DNA of 64,000 nucleotides from Bacteroidia bacterium (GCA_965279035.1 OZ257142.1:4128001-4192000), one strand, 5' to 3'; counted from the first letter of the stretch, positions 48,483-58,965 are shown. The notes: generated by a model from the sequence alone, not told the origin. Made by a program: numbers and translations.

Positions 48483-48669
48483 TTGCATCTGTGTGTGGTG
48501 ACCTGGGACTTAAGTCCCAGGGTGCTGATGTTAGAGATTGACATTATCCTGCAAGCATTTTCGTGCTATTGATTGATTTTTCTAAATCTTGCATCTGTGT
48601 AAGGTAGCCTCTGACTTAAGTCCGAGGGTGCTGATAGAGATTGGCAGTATTTAGCAAGCATTTTCTTGC
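48483..48669. repeat. Two tandem ~106-bp units, each with a REP-like GACTTAAGTC palindrome
   Basis: TTGCATCTGTGT..GGT..CCT..GACTTAAGTCC.AGGGTGCTGAT..GCAAGCATTTTC starting at 48483 and 48589. Confidence 0.75.
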
Positions 48670-48746
48670 GACAGGGATTGAAGCCATTACCGCTTGGCGA
48701 CTGAAAGGAGAAAAGCAGTAGAGGCGGAAAGCCCGGTAATGGCGAG
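48665..48746 (+). repeat. Flavo-1-like structured repeat, copy D
   Basis: AGGGATTGAAGCCATTACCGCTT...AGTAGAGGCGGAAAGCCCGGT. Confidence 0.6.
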
Positions 48747-48783
48747 GTGGAGAGAAGCGGAACCTTGCCATTAGTTGCACAAA

Positions 48784-49650
48784 TTAAAACAATAATATTC
48801 CGAGTTTTAAATTGAGATATAGACCGAAGTTTAATTTTGTAGCTTTTATATTAGTAAGATAGCTATTTTCATTATTGCTAAATGCAAACAGATTTGCTCC
48901 GTTTTTATGGGCAATTAGGGAGGAAAAAATGTTGTCTGAACTATTTGGAGAGTTTGTGATATTTAAAGATGTTCCAAAATTTAAATCGAGCATCATACGT
49001 GAATTTAGCAAATAGTTTTTCCCACCGCCCATAAATAAGCTAAAGAAAGACACATTTACATCTTTAAAATTAACTCGCCTTACGCCATCATAAATTAATT
49101 GCCAAGAATAATCATATTCATGAGCATAAATATAAGGTGCATTAAAAGATCCTGATATTATTTGTTTACCTGCTTTAAATCCTAATTGAAAATAACTTCC
49201 ATAAGGAGCAGATATAGCTCCTCCACGATAGAAATTCATTGAAAGTCCAAATACCCGTTGCTTTGCAGTAATATGCACATTGGGTTGATATGAAACTTGA
49301 TGGTTTATTAGTTCAGCTAAATCATAATTCGAGAATTTTGATTTAATTATCTCTCTATCATAGTTTGGCAGGTATTGATCCCATTTATTATTTGTAGCGC
49401 GCTCCATCCAATAGATAAAATTTGACCCTTTGAAAATGCCATGAATGGGAGTTTGGGTGATCGAGTAGCTTAGTGCAATGGTAAAACTTCGTGTTACTAC
49501 AGATTCTAATTCGATGTTTGTAATGGGGCGACGGATTCCATTAACTATATCTGTTTTTAATAGAAATCGTTTGCCCATAATTCCCACTTGAGAAATAGAA
49601 GGGAGTGTGAGAATAGTTAAAACGAGAATTAGCAAATAGGACTTACGCAT
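48784..49650 (-). CDS. Putative outer-membrane beta-barrel protein, paralog 2
   Basis: Signal peptide; ends LYLNLKLGILLF; long identical blocks shared with 50811..51719. Confidence 0.65.
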   Translation of the reverse strand: MRKSYLLILVLTILTLPSISQVGIMGKRFLLKTDIVNGIRRPITNIELESVVTRSFTIALSYSITQTPIHGIFKGSNFIYWMERATNNKWDQYLPNYDREIIKSKFSNYDLAELINHQVSYQPNVHITAKQRVFGLSMNFYRGGAISAPYGSYFQLGFKAGKQIISGSFNAPYIYAHEYDYSWQLIYDGVRRVNFKDVNVSFFSLFMGGGKNYLLNSRMMLDLNFGTSLNITNSPNSSDNIFSSLIAHKNGANLFAFSNNENSYLTNIKATKLNFGLYLNLKLGILLF

Positions 49651-49689
49651 AGTGAATGAAAATCGAATGAATATAGATTATTAGATATA

Positions 49690-50710
49690 ACCCGTTGTGC
49701 GGTTAAAAAGCCAAAGTATGTTTGACCTGGTTTAGAGGTCTTTGATTGATCATATTCAAGTATTGTAGACAAGTGAATGCCCCTATTTTACTAGTGATTC
49801 GTGCAAAGAATCCATAAAAGCTTTTAGCAAAATTCTTTTTAATTGAGAACTGATCACAGAATTGAGAAAAGGTTGTTTCGATTCTTTTTCTTGTTTTGCG
49901 ATATAGTGGATTCCATTGAGTTGGTCCAACTTGATTTCCACGCAATGGTGTAATCAATTTTACTGAGTATTCTTTGAATAAACTTAATTGGATGTTTTTC
50001 CCAATATAACCTTTGTCCCCAAGCAAATTTACATTCTCTAAAAACCCTTTTGTCATATCATCTAAAGTCTTTACATCATGCACATTTGCTTGCGTTATAG
50101 CGAAATTATTGATTACTGAATTTGAGCTAACAACCATATTGAGTTTATAACCAAAATAATGCGTTTTATCAATTGCAGAAAATCCTTTTGCAGGCAAAAA
50201 ATCAAGATCATCTTTCATAATTTTAAGATTACTACAACGAACAAAACGACAAATTGGAAGAGGCATTGAATCTATGATAAAAGTTTCTTCTCCTTCAGAA
50301 AGTTCATTACTTAGTTTTTCAGAGAGCTGATCAATAAAAGGCTGCAAGAATCTTCTGCGTCGATTGAAATTAGTTCTGTCTGGAAGTGTTTTGCAATACT
50401 TTGGATATGAATTTCTTAGAATTGAGAATAGCATGTTTTCAGAATCTATTTGCATTGCTTCTGCTGTAAAAGCCAATGCAACTATCTCAATATCTGAAGC
50501 TTTAGGCTGGTTCGAGTATCGACGAAAATTTCCATTTGTCAGATTATCAGCGCCATATACTTCGATTAGCAATTGACGAAACTTGGTTATATTCGCTATG
50601 AGGTTGTGCATATTAGATTTGTGTGAGAACTCTTCTAATATACTGTATATCAGTTTAATGCACAACCTTATTTTAAATTAATTATCTACATATTCAACCG
50701 CACAACGGGT
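49690..50710 (-). mobile_element. IS982-family insertion sequence, 1021 bp
   Basis: IRs ACCCGTTGTGCGGTT / AACCGCACAACGGGT; 8-bp TSD TAGATATA (49682-89 and 50711-18). Confidence 0.92.
49703..50611 (-). CDS. IS982-family transposase
   Basis: IDSMPLPIC, YFGYKL, GDKGY, RKRIETTFSQ. Start placed at ATG 50611. Confidence 0.92.
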   Translation of the reverse strand: MHNLIANITKFRQLLIEVYGADNLTNGNFRRYSNQPKASDIEIVALAFTAEAMQIDSENMLFSILRNSYPKYCKTLPDRTNFNRRRRFLQPFIDQLSEKLSNELSEGEETFIIDSMPLPICRFVRCSNLKIMKDDLDFLPAKGFSAIDKTHYFGYKLNMVVSSNSVINNFAITQANVHDVKTLDDMTKGFLENVNLLGDKGYIGKNIQLSLFKEYSVKLITPLRGNQVGPTQWNPLYRKTRKRIETTFSQFCDQFSIKKNFAKSFYGFFARITSKIGAFTCLQYLNMINQRPLNQVKHTLAF

Positions 50711-50810
50711 TAGATATAACTTAATGAATAAAAATTTAGCTGAGTTATTTCGCATTTTTTAATTAGAAAACTCAGTACCAACATGCTCTTTAAATTCATT
50801 TCTAATGATA

Positions 50811-51719
50811 TTAAAACAAGAGTATTCCGAGTTTAAGGTTGAGATATAATCCAAAATTTACTTTAGATGTATGTTGACTAATTGTAATGCTTTTTTCATT
50901 ATCGCTAAAAGCAGCCAGATTAGCTCCGTTTTTATGTGCTATTAAGGAAGAAAAAATATTATCTGAATCATCTTTGGGAGTAGTAACATTTAAAGAAGTT
51001 CCAAAATTTAAATCGAGCATCATGCGTGAATTAAGCAAATAGTTTTTTCCTCCACCCATAAATAGAGAAATGAATGACACATTTACATCTTTAAAATCAA
51101 CTCGTTTTACTCCATTATAAAAGTATTGATAAATGAAATCATTTTTAAAAGCATAGATATAGGGTGCATTGAATGAACCCGATATTATTTGTTTTCCCGC
51201 TTTAAAGCCTAATTGAAAGTAACTTCCAAAAGGGGCCGAAATAGCGCCTCCATGATAGAAATTCATTGAGAGCCCAAAAACACGCTGCTTTGCTGTGATA
51301 CGCACATTGGGATTAAATGAAGCTTGATTTTTAATTAAAGTAATTAAACTATTGATATCATAATTTGAAGTAATATCATTTCGATTATAATCAGGAAGAT
51401 ATTCGTTCCATGTTTTATCGGAAGAATGATCCATCCAATAGATAAAATTTGAGCCTTTGAATATGCCATGAATGGGAGTTTGGGTGATAGAATAGCTCAG
51501 TGATAGTGTAAAACTTCGCGTTAATGCTGTTTCTAATTCGATGTTCGTAATGGGGCGACGGATTCCATTGACAACATCTGTTTTTAATAAAAATCGTTTG
51601 CCCATAAGGCCCACTTGGGCATGCACACAATTGCTTTGAACAACTAAAAATACTATGCTTAATAAAACAAATGTTTGTCTTAATTTAATGAATTGAGTAT
51701 TGGTAAATACTACGATCAT
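50811..51719 (-). CDS. Putative outer-membrane beta-barrel protein, paralog 1
   Basis: ATGA overlap with the upstream gene; ends LYLNLKLGILLF. Confidence 0.65.
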   Translation of the reverse strand: MIVVFTNTQFIKLRQTFVLLSIVFLVVQSNCVHAQVGLMGKRFLLKTDVVNGIRRPITNIELETALTRSFTLSLSYSITQTPIHGIFKGSNFIYWMDHSSDKTWNEYLPDYNRNDITSNYDINSLITLIKNQASFNPNVRITAKQRVFGLSMNFYHGGAISAPFGSYFQLGFKAGKQIISGSFNAPYIYAFKNDFIYQYFYNGVKRVDFKDVNVSFISLFMGGGKNYLLNSRMMLDLNFGTSLNVTTPKDDSDNIFSSLIAHKNGANLAAFSDNEKSITISQHTSKVNFGLYLNLKLGILLF

Positions 51720-52384
51720 ATTTTTTTTAAGGCATTGAATGTGTCGAAAATCAATGGAGTTAACTTTCGTTTTTTCATAGGTCCATTGATCATTTTAATT
51801 TCCTGATAAGTGATAATTCCGTGACTAACATCCGCAATTATATGAATGAGATAAGAATGGTCTTGACCTGAGAAAACTTCTAAAATTCCAAAATAGGGTG
51901 TTCCATATTTCTTTTCTAATTCTGACATTTCTGCTGGAATAAAAGTATTTACTACAAATACTTGACTTGCTACACGCTTATAATTCGCTTCGTAAATTTC
52001 ATTGAGTGGATTGTCCTGGTTGCTAATTGCTTGCAAAACGACTTGACGAAGTGGAAGTAATTCTGTAAAGAACTCTGTGCCTACATCTTTTTTTCCGTCA
52101 CTGGAAATGACTTCGTATTTAAAACCACTATCTTTAGAATATCGATTCACGATTTCGAGAAATGATTTTCGCATTTCACGACCTAATTCATAATTTTGAT
52201 CATTGTCTTCTAAATTAAAGTAGGCTTTATATTCGGGATTAATTAGCACTACTTTTTTAATTGCTTTTTTCTCCTTAGGAAATTGTTCTGAATATAACGT
52301 GTAGATATATCCACTTGAATACAAGCAACTACTTAGACTATTGATAATAATTAAGAATAAAAACCAATTAAAAATTTGGCGCAT
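51716..52384 (-). CDS. Hypothetical lipoprotein
   Basis: Lipobox in MRQIFNWFLFLIIINSLSSC, from ATG 52384. Confidence 0.65.
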   Translation of the reverse strand: MRQIFNWFLFLIIINSLSSCLYSSGYIYTLYSEQFPKEKKAIKKVVLINPEYKAYFNLEDNDQNYELGREMRKSFLEIVNRYSKDSGFKYEVISSDGKKDVGTEFFTELLPLRQVVLQAISNQDNPLNEIYEANYKRVASQVFVVNTFIPAEMSELEKKYGTPYFGILEVFSGQDHSYLIHIIADVSHGIITYQEIKMINGPMKKRKLTPLIFDTFNALKKI

Positions 52385-52385
52385 A

Positions 52386-53798
52386 TTATTTAATTTTTTG
52401 AGCAACATAGCCCGAATAAATACCATCGGGAAATTTGGTTGAATAATTTCGATAATGAATTTCGGCAGCATCTTTTCCTAAGTGCATTTCGGCTGCAGCT
52501 CCAAGATAAAAAAGCAAATCTTGATCATCAGGGAATTTCTCATACTTTTTCTTGGAATATGTATAAAGCATTTTTCCAAGATCTGTTGATTTCGTTTTAC
52601 TAAAAAATAATTTCAAGCGTGCTTTTGAAACATTTCCGTTGATTTCTGCTTTCGAAAAATAATCATCTAAAACTCCGTTTTCTTTTAAGCGACAAAGCCA
52701 ATAGAGATTTTTTACTACCATTTCGTTTGCAAGGAGATTATTGGGCTCTTTTTCTAATAGAATTAATCCTTCGTGCAGACTATTTAAATATTCACTTCCA
52801 TTGTATGAATTAATGGATAATTCAAATTGTGCTTTGTGATGAATGGATTGATATTCACTTTCTAATTTAGGTGTTGCAGGGATATAATTTAACGAACCTA
52901 AAATCTCAGTAATTGCTAAAACGCGCTTTTCAATGTCAGGATGCGTTTCTCCAGAATCATCATTTCCAGAGATAATCGATCGGTTTTTCTTTACTGATTT
53001 TTTCAACTCGCTTTTCAGCATTTTCCGATTAAAAAAGGCAGTGTCGACAGTGAATATATCTGAATTAAAAAAGAATGATAGATTATTTACAAGTGTGTCG
53101 TTATTGATTGCAGATTCAACTAGGGCAAGTGATTTTGAGGCTTCTCGTGCATCGAATGGTGTGCGTGTTAAGAAAGTTAGTCCTGCAGCATCTGCTTCGA
53201 ATTCAAATTCGCGTGAGTACTGGAGCATTTTATACATGCCTGCTTTGCGCGAAATGGCCTCATTATTTCCCAAATCTTTCCCATTTTTCTTCTTACGTAA
53301 TGCATGTTGCTTTTTGTAATGACAAATTTCATGTGCTAGAACAGAAGCCAATTGGGAAGAATTCTCAAGCTTAGCAATGAGTCCAACATTCACGATAATT
53401 ACACCATTTGCCATACAGAATGCATTGGCTTCGGTGTTTCTAGTTGCTATAATTCGAATGTCGTTTTTTAATTCCGGCATAAACACCAACATTTCTGCTA
53501 GCATTTTTTCCAAAAAGTCGGTCATCTCATCATTGACATAAATTTGACCTGAATTCAATAATTCGAGCAATTGATAATTTGCTTCCTCGTACATTTTCAG
53601 TGCGAGTTTTTCTTCTAAAATATCTTGTTTTTGAGCGAGCGATTTTGCCTCTTCGATAACATCCAAAGAAAAAATTGCTGGCAAAGAGCCCGAAGTCATA
53701 ATAAAACGATCAGCATCGTTGCTCTGTGCGAATGAAATCGAACAAACCCCAAAAAGAGATAATAAATAAAAGCTTCCTTTTAGAATAGTTTTCCCCAT
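52386..53798 (-). CDS. M48-family metalloprotease (BepA-like) with TPR-like C-terminus
   Basis: ANAFC, AHEICH, YSREFEFEAD, THPDIEKR. Confidence 0.85.
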   Translation of the reverse strand: MGKTILKGSFYLLSLFGVCSISFAQSNDADRFIMTSGSLPAIFSLDVIEEAKSLAQKQDILEEKLALKMYEEANYQLLELLNSGQIYVNDEMTDFLEKMLAEMLVFMPELKNDIRIIATRNTEANAFCMANGVIIVNVGLIAKLENSSQLASVLAHEICHYKKQHALRKKKNGKDLGNNEAISRKAGMYKMLQYSREFEFEADAAGLTFLTRTPFDAREASKSLALVESAINNDTLVNNLSFFFNSDIFTVDTAFFNRKMLKSELKKSVKKNRSIISGNDDSGETHPDIEKRVLAITEILGSLNYIPATPKLESEYQSIHHKAQFELSINSYNGSEYLNSLHEGLILLEKEPNNLLANEMVVKNLYWLCRLKENGVLDDYFSKAEINGNVSKARLKLFFSKTKSTDLGKMLYTYSKKKYEKFPDDQDLLFYLGAAAEMHLGKDAAEIHYRNYSTKFPDGIYSGYVAQKIK

Positions 53799-53906
53799 TG
53801 GACAAATCTATCAAAATTCTACCTTAAGATAAAGAGATAAACTTGATTGTGTAAATCGAAACAATTCCTTTAGGATTAGGAGAAAACTCTAAGGAAAAAT
53901 TGGAAA

Positions 53907-55136
53907 CTAAAGACCTAATAATATTTCCTGCCCTTTTTTTCCATTGAACAACATGCGTTCAGGATTTTCTAGAAGTTCTTTCACTTTCACCAAAAAGCCA
54001 ACTGATTCGCGCCCATCTATTATGCGATGGTCGTAACTTAAAGCCACATACATTATTGGTCGAATAACAACTTGTCCGTTAACAGCCATAGGTCTTTCCA
54101 CAATATTATGCATACCTAAAATGGCACTTTGTGGAGGATTGATAATAGGTGTGCTCAACATGGAACCAAAAACACCACCGTTGGTAATGGTGAACGTTCC
54201 ACCCGACATATCATCGACAGTAATTTTTCCATCGCGTGCTTTAGCTGCCATTGCTGCAATGTTGCGTTCAATATCGGCTAAGCTTTGCGTTTCGGTATTG
54301 CGAATAACTGGAACCATCAAGCCTTTAGGTGTTGAAACAGCAATGCCTACATCGCAGTAATTATGGTAAACGATTTCTTCACCATCAATCATCGCATTCA
54401 CCGCAGGAAAAGCTTCTAGGGCAATGGTTACAGCCTTCGTGAAGAATGACATAAAACCAATTCCAACACCGTGTTTTTCTTTGAATTTATCCTTGTATTG
54501 TTTACGCAGCTCCATAATTGGGCTCATGTCCACTTCATTAAACGTGGTGAGCATGGCCGTTTCATTTTTCACACTTACCAAACGTTGAGAAATCTTCTTA
54601 CGAAGTGTTGTCATTTTCTCGCGTTTGGAGCTGCGTTGAGTTTCGGTTGTTTTGCCCCCAAATCCAGAAGCTAATAATACATTTACATCGCTTTTGGTAA
54701 TTCTTCCGGCAGGACCGCTTCCTTTTATATCGGAAGATTGAACGCCATTTTCAGTCATTATTTTAGCAGCTGCGGGCGAAGGAATTCCAGATGCATACGT
54801 GCTCGGAGTTTCGGTTGGAGCTTTTGCAGCGTTCTGTATTACCTCTTTCTTTTCAGGAGCTTTTTCAATTTTCGTTTCTGCTTTTGAGGCGGGAGCTTCT
54901 GCTGAAGTATCGATTGTAGCAATCACATCGCCTACGGCAACGGTTGTTCCTGCTTCTACTTTAATACTGAGTTTCCCAGCTGATTCTGCATTCACAGTAA
55001 GTGTTGCTTTATCCGAATCAATCTCGCAAAGCTCTTCGTCTTTCGCTACATAATCGCCTTCCTTTTTTAACCAGTTAGCAATTTCTACTTCGTTAATTGA
55101 CTCTCCTGGTGAAGGTACTTTGAGCTCGATAATCAT
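53907..55136 (-). CDS. sucB: 2-oxoglutarate dehydrogenase E2, dihydrolipoamide succinyltransferase
   Basis: Lipoyl domain [25 protein letters not shown]. Confidence 0.97.
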   Translation of the reverse strand: MIIELKVPSPGESINEVEIANWLKKEGDYVAKDEELCEIDSDKATLTVNAESAGKLSIKVEAGTTVAVGDVIATIDTSAEAPASKAETKIEKAPEKKEVIQNAAKAPTETPSTYASGIPSPAAAKIMTENGVQSSDIKGSGPAGRITKSDVNVLLASGFGGKTTETQRSSKREKMTTLRKKISQRLVSVKNETAMLTTFNEVDMSPIMELRKQYKDKFKEKHGVGIGFMSFFTKAVTIALEAFPAVNAMIDGEEIVYHNYCDVGIAVSTPKGLMVPVIRNTETQSLADIERNIAAMAAKARDGKITVDDMSGGTFTITNGGVFGSMLSTPIINPPQSAILGMHNIVERPMAVNGQVVIRPIMYVALSYDHRIIDGRESVGFLVKVKELLENPERMLFNGKKGQEILLGL

Positions 55137-55255
55137 GATGTGTGATCGATATTAGTTGGGTGGGCAAATTTAGTCCAATTCATCGGGCATTTCATGTGTT
55201 GATTGCGTCCGATTTCATTGTGTATTTTTTGAATAATTCAGTTAATTAAAATTGA

Positions 55256-57988
55256 TTATTCAAAAACGGATTTCATTAGTTTTTTCTGTTCAACAGCATG
55301 TCGTTTTGAACTTCCCGTTGCAGGACTTCCGCTCTCGGCGCGTGATGCAACTTGAATATTTAGCTGACGAAGATTTCGAAGAATGTAATTCCAAGCACCC
55401 ATGTTTTCGGGTTCTTCTTGAGCCCAGACAATGCTTTTGGCTTTGCTATATTTTTTAAGCACTGCATCCAATTGTTTTTTAGGCAATGGATATAATTGTT
55501 CTAATCGAACGATTGCGCAATTTTCGGCTTTCCGAGATTCTTTCTCTTCAAGCAAATCGTAATAGATTTTGCCATTACATAAAATCACTTTCTCGATCTT
55601 CGAAGCATTTGCTGTTGCATCGTCGATTAATTCTTGGAATTGCCCTTTGGTTAATTCTGTTAATGAACTAACGCAACGCGGATGACGCAAGAGACTTTTG
55701 GGTGTGAATACAATTAAAGGTTTGCGAATATCTCCCTTGAGTTGGCGACGAATTAAGTGGAAGAAATTAGCCGGTGTAGTTGCATTGGTCACATATATAT
55801 TTTCTTCGGCACAAAGCGTTAGAAAGCGTTCCATTCTACCTGAACTATGTTCTGCACCTTGTCCTTCATACCCATGAGGAAGAAGTAAAACCAGTCCGCT
55901 CATGCTTCGCCATTTATCTTCGGCTGAACTGATAAATTGATCAATGATAATTTGAGCACCGTTATTAAAATCACCGAATTGAGCTTCCCATACAGTGAGT
56001 GAATCGGGCATTGCCAAAGAATAGCCGTAATCAAAACCAAGCACACCGTATTCGCTGAGCAAGGAATTGTAAATCTGGAATGTAGCCTGTTTGGGATCTA
56101 GATTCGATAATGGAATGTATTCTTCTTCGGAATCTTCAATTTTAAGAACTGCGTGACGATGTGAAAACGTTCCTCGTTCCACATCTTGTCCCGAAAAACG
56201 AACTGGATTTCCTTCCATCAACAAGGAACCATAAGCAAGCAATTCGGCCATTCCCCAATCGAGTTGCGTTGCACCTTCTATCATCTGTTTCCGATCGTTA
56301 AGCAACTTTTCCATTTTCTTGAAAAGCGTCATCCCTTGAGGAACCGTATAAAGTACTTTTGAAATTGCTTTCAGCTTTTTCAATTCCACCCCGGTTTCGG
56401 GAGATGAATCGAAGTCGGATTTTTTAGAAGAGCGAATGTGTTTCCACTGATCTCCTAAAAATGGGTTAATCACAGTACGTTCTCTTTTGCGTGCGTCATC
56501 TAAAGCAGCATCAAGATTTGATCGTAGTGTTGAATCGTATGTATCAGCTTCGCTTTGTGACAATACATTTTCTGCACTCAATTTCTCGAAATAAATCTGA
56601 CGAGGATTGGAATGTTTGGCGATTGCTTTATAAAGAATTGGCTGAGTAAAACGAGGTTCATCGCCTTCGTTGTGACCATATTTTCGATATCCAAGCAGGT
56701 CGATAAATACATCCCCATGAAATTGTTGACGAAATTCCATCGCCAATTGAACCGCATATACAACCGATTCAACATCATCGGCATTGACATGAAAAACGGG
56801 ACTTAGCGTGACTTTGGCAACATCGGTACAATAGATCGATGAGCGTGCATCGAGGTAATTGGTAGTAAAACCAACCTGGTTATTGACTACGATATGGATG
56901 GTTCCACCCGTTTTATAGCCATCTAATTTGGCCATTTGAACCACTTCGTAAACAACGCCTTGAGCGGCAACGGCAGCATCACCATGAATAATGATAGGAG
57001 CAATTTTATCGTAATTATTCGAGTGTTCAGTTTCTGCAAAAGCACGCGCCATTCCTTGCACTACAGGTCCAACTGCTTCGAGATGCGAAGGATTGGGAGA
57101 AAGTGTCATTCGGATGTTTTCTCCACCACGTGTTTTTACTCGGGAGGAATAGCCCAAATGGTATTTCACATCACCCGAAAATTCTCCATCATCGTCGTAT
57201 TCTTTCCCTTCGAATTCAGTAAAAATACTGCGAGCGTCTTTTTTGAAAATATTCGAAAGCACGTTCAATCTTCCACGATGCGCCATTCCCATGACAAACT
57301 CACGAATTCCAAGCTTAGCACCGTTTTCAATGACTTGATCAAGTGCAGGAATTAATGCCTCACAACCTTCGAGAGAAAAGCGCTTTTGTCCAACGAATTT
57401 TTTATCTAAAAAGCTTTCAAAACCAACGGCATCATTGAGTTTAGAAAAAATTTGCAGCTTTTCATCTTTAGAAAATTTCGCATGCCCTTTAGAATTTTCC
57501 ATGCGTGTTTGAATCCAATGAACAGCTTCTTGATTTCGCATGTACATGTATTCAACACCAATGCTGGAGCAGTATGTTTCTTTGAGATGATCAATGATTA
57601 CTTGAAGTTTAGCAGCACCAATTCCAATCAAAGAACCAGCTTGAAAAACTGTTTCTAAATCGGAAGTAGATAAACCAAAATTTTCGGCATCGAGCGTTGG
57701 TGTGTACTGTCGGCGCTCACGTACCGGATTTGTTCTGGTAAAAAGATGGCCTCGAGAACGGTAAGCATTGATTAGGTTGATGACTTTGAATTCTTTACTT
57801 ACATTTTCAGGAATCGCTTCTGTAGTTCCAGATGTAGGTTTGACGCTGTATTGTTTATTGGCAAAATCAACACCTTCGAAGAATTTGCCCCAGCTTTCGT
57901 CAACCGAATTTGGGTTTTCGCGGTACTGAGAATATAGGAAATCCAATGCTGAAGGTTCGGCATTGGAGATATATGAAAATGAATCCAT
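55256..57988 (-). CDS. sucA: 2-oxoglutarate dehydrogenase E1
   Basis: GMAHRGRLN, GDVKYHLG, NPSHLE, WEAQFGDF, LPHGYEGQG. Confidence 0.98.
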   Translation of the reverse strand: MDSFSYISNAEPSALDFLYSQYRENPNSVDESWGKFFEGVDFANKQYSVKPTSGTTEAIPENVSKEFKVINLINAYRSRGHLFTRTNPVRERRQYTPTLDAENFGLSTSDLETVFQAGSLIGIGAAKLQVIIDHLKETYCSSIGVEYMYMRNQEAVHWIQTRMENSKGHAKFSKDEKLQIFSKLNDAVGFESFLDKKFVGQKRFSLEGCEALIPALDQVIENGAKLGIREFVMGMAHRGRLNVLSNIFKKDARSIFTEFEGKEYDDDGEFSGDVKYHLGYSSRVKTRGGENIRMTLSPNPSHLEAVGPVVQGMARAFAETEHSNNYDKIAPIIIHGDAAVAAQGVVYEVVQMAKLDGYKTGGTIHIVVNNQVGFTTNYLDARSSIYCTDVAKVTLSPVFHVNADDVESVVYAVQLAMEFRQQFHGDVFIDLLGYRKYGHNEGDEPRFTQPILYKAIAKHSNPRQIYFEKLSAENVLSQSEADTYDSTLRSNLDAALDDARKRERTVINPFLGDQWKHIRSSKKSDFDSSPETGVELKKLKAISKVLYTVPQGMTLFKKMEKLLNDRKQMIEGATQLDWGMAELLAYGSLLMEGNPVRFSGQDVERGTFSHRHAVLKIEDSEEEYIPLSNLDPKQATFQIYNSLLSEYGVLGFDYGYSLAMPDSLTVWEAQFGDFNNGAQIIIDQFISSAEDKWRSMSGLVLLLPHGYEGQGAEHSSGRMERFLTLCAEENIYVTNATTPANFFHLIRRQLKGDIRKPLIVFTPKSLLRHPRCVSSLTELTKGQFQELIDDATANASKIEKVILCNGKIYYDLLEEKESRKAENCAIVRLEQLYPLPKKQLDAVLKKYSKAKSIVWAQEEPENMGAWNYILRNLRQLNIQVASRAESGSPATGSSKRHAVEQKKLMKSVFE

Positions 57989-58080
57989 TGGGAAGGGTAA
58001 AAATTGGAGCGCAAAATTAAGTTAAAATTGAAGGCTGCGCTTATATGGAATGAATGGAAAAATGGAAAAAATGTTTTTTA

Positions 58081-58520
58081 ACCTGATGCCCGGATGACTA
58101 ATCAAAATTTATTTTTCATTTCAATCATTGAGATATTACTTTAGTTGCATCTTGTTAATAAATCATTCATGTTTGTATACGACGTATTAATTCTTGTCTT
58201 GAAACAAGAATTAATCAACGGCGAAGCCCTCATGAGTTCATTTTAAAAATAAACACTTACGAATAAAGAAGTTCAAGTCTGGACGATGCTGCTTACGCTC
58301 AAGGCCCTTTTTCGACCATTCTGCAAGTATAAACTTTTGTCCAATCGATGTCGAAACACACCCTCGCCGCCCAGACATAGCCACCACAAGATCCGTTTCA
58401 ATTCTAAACCTAATATTAATTTAAATAATTTTATTTAAAAGCATTACATAAGTATTGATTATTGAGGTAAGGGATAAATATTTTTGAAGGATAATTCTAA
58501 TTTTTAACCTCACAACGGGT
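58081..58520. mobile_element. IS982-end MITE with structured core, copy 3
   Basis: Right end TTTTTAACCTCACAACGGGT; degenerate left end ACCTGATGCCCGGATGA. Core and right arm are shared with copy 2. Confidence 0.75.
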
Positions 58521-58563
58521 TTTAAATTATCAACTTAATTTTTCTAACCTCCTAAAGGTTTTA

Positions 58564-58965
58564 CTATTCTTCGTTAAATAATGAATTGGAAGTGTTCGGA
58601 CTATACAGTTTCCGAAGAACTACTTTTTGTAGTTCGCGCTTTATGATGATTTCAGCAAAAAGACGATCATCAATTCCAGGAGTTGGCATTCCTTGAACTA
58701 ATTGTTTTTCGGACACATCGACACGATATAGCAAATTAAAAAGCTGTTGCGCACTTCGATCGCGAAAGGCCATTTGGAGCGTGTTACAGAGCTCGTCGAA
58801 TGAATACTTTTGAGTAAGAAGCAGTTTAATTGGAAATCCAGCTGAAGCGAAATCTTTCTTCAACTGAAGAATTAATTCCCTCAAAATATCCTTTTGAATA
58901 AAATACGGCTCTATGGATGAAGCTGAATCGGTAAGTTGCGGATATTTTGTGGAATCTGAACTCAT
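58564..58965 (-). CDS. Hypothetical protein
   Basis: 133 aa with LFNLLYRVDVSEK and IIKRELQKV motifs. Confidence 0.65.
   Translation of the reverse strand: MSSDSTKYPQLTDSASSIEPYFIQKDILRELILQLKKDFASAGFPIKLLLTQKYSFDELCNTLQMAFRDRSAQQLFNLLYRVDVSEKQLVQGMPTPGIDDRLFAEIIIKRELQKVVLRKLYSPNTSNSLFNEE

Noticed and set aside
48483-48669. Possible CRISPR array
   Set aside because: Only two long units, similar along most of their length, with no unique spacers and no cas genes.
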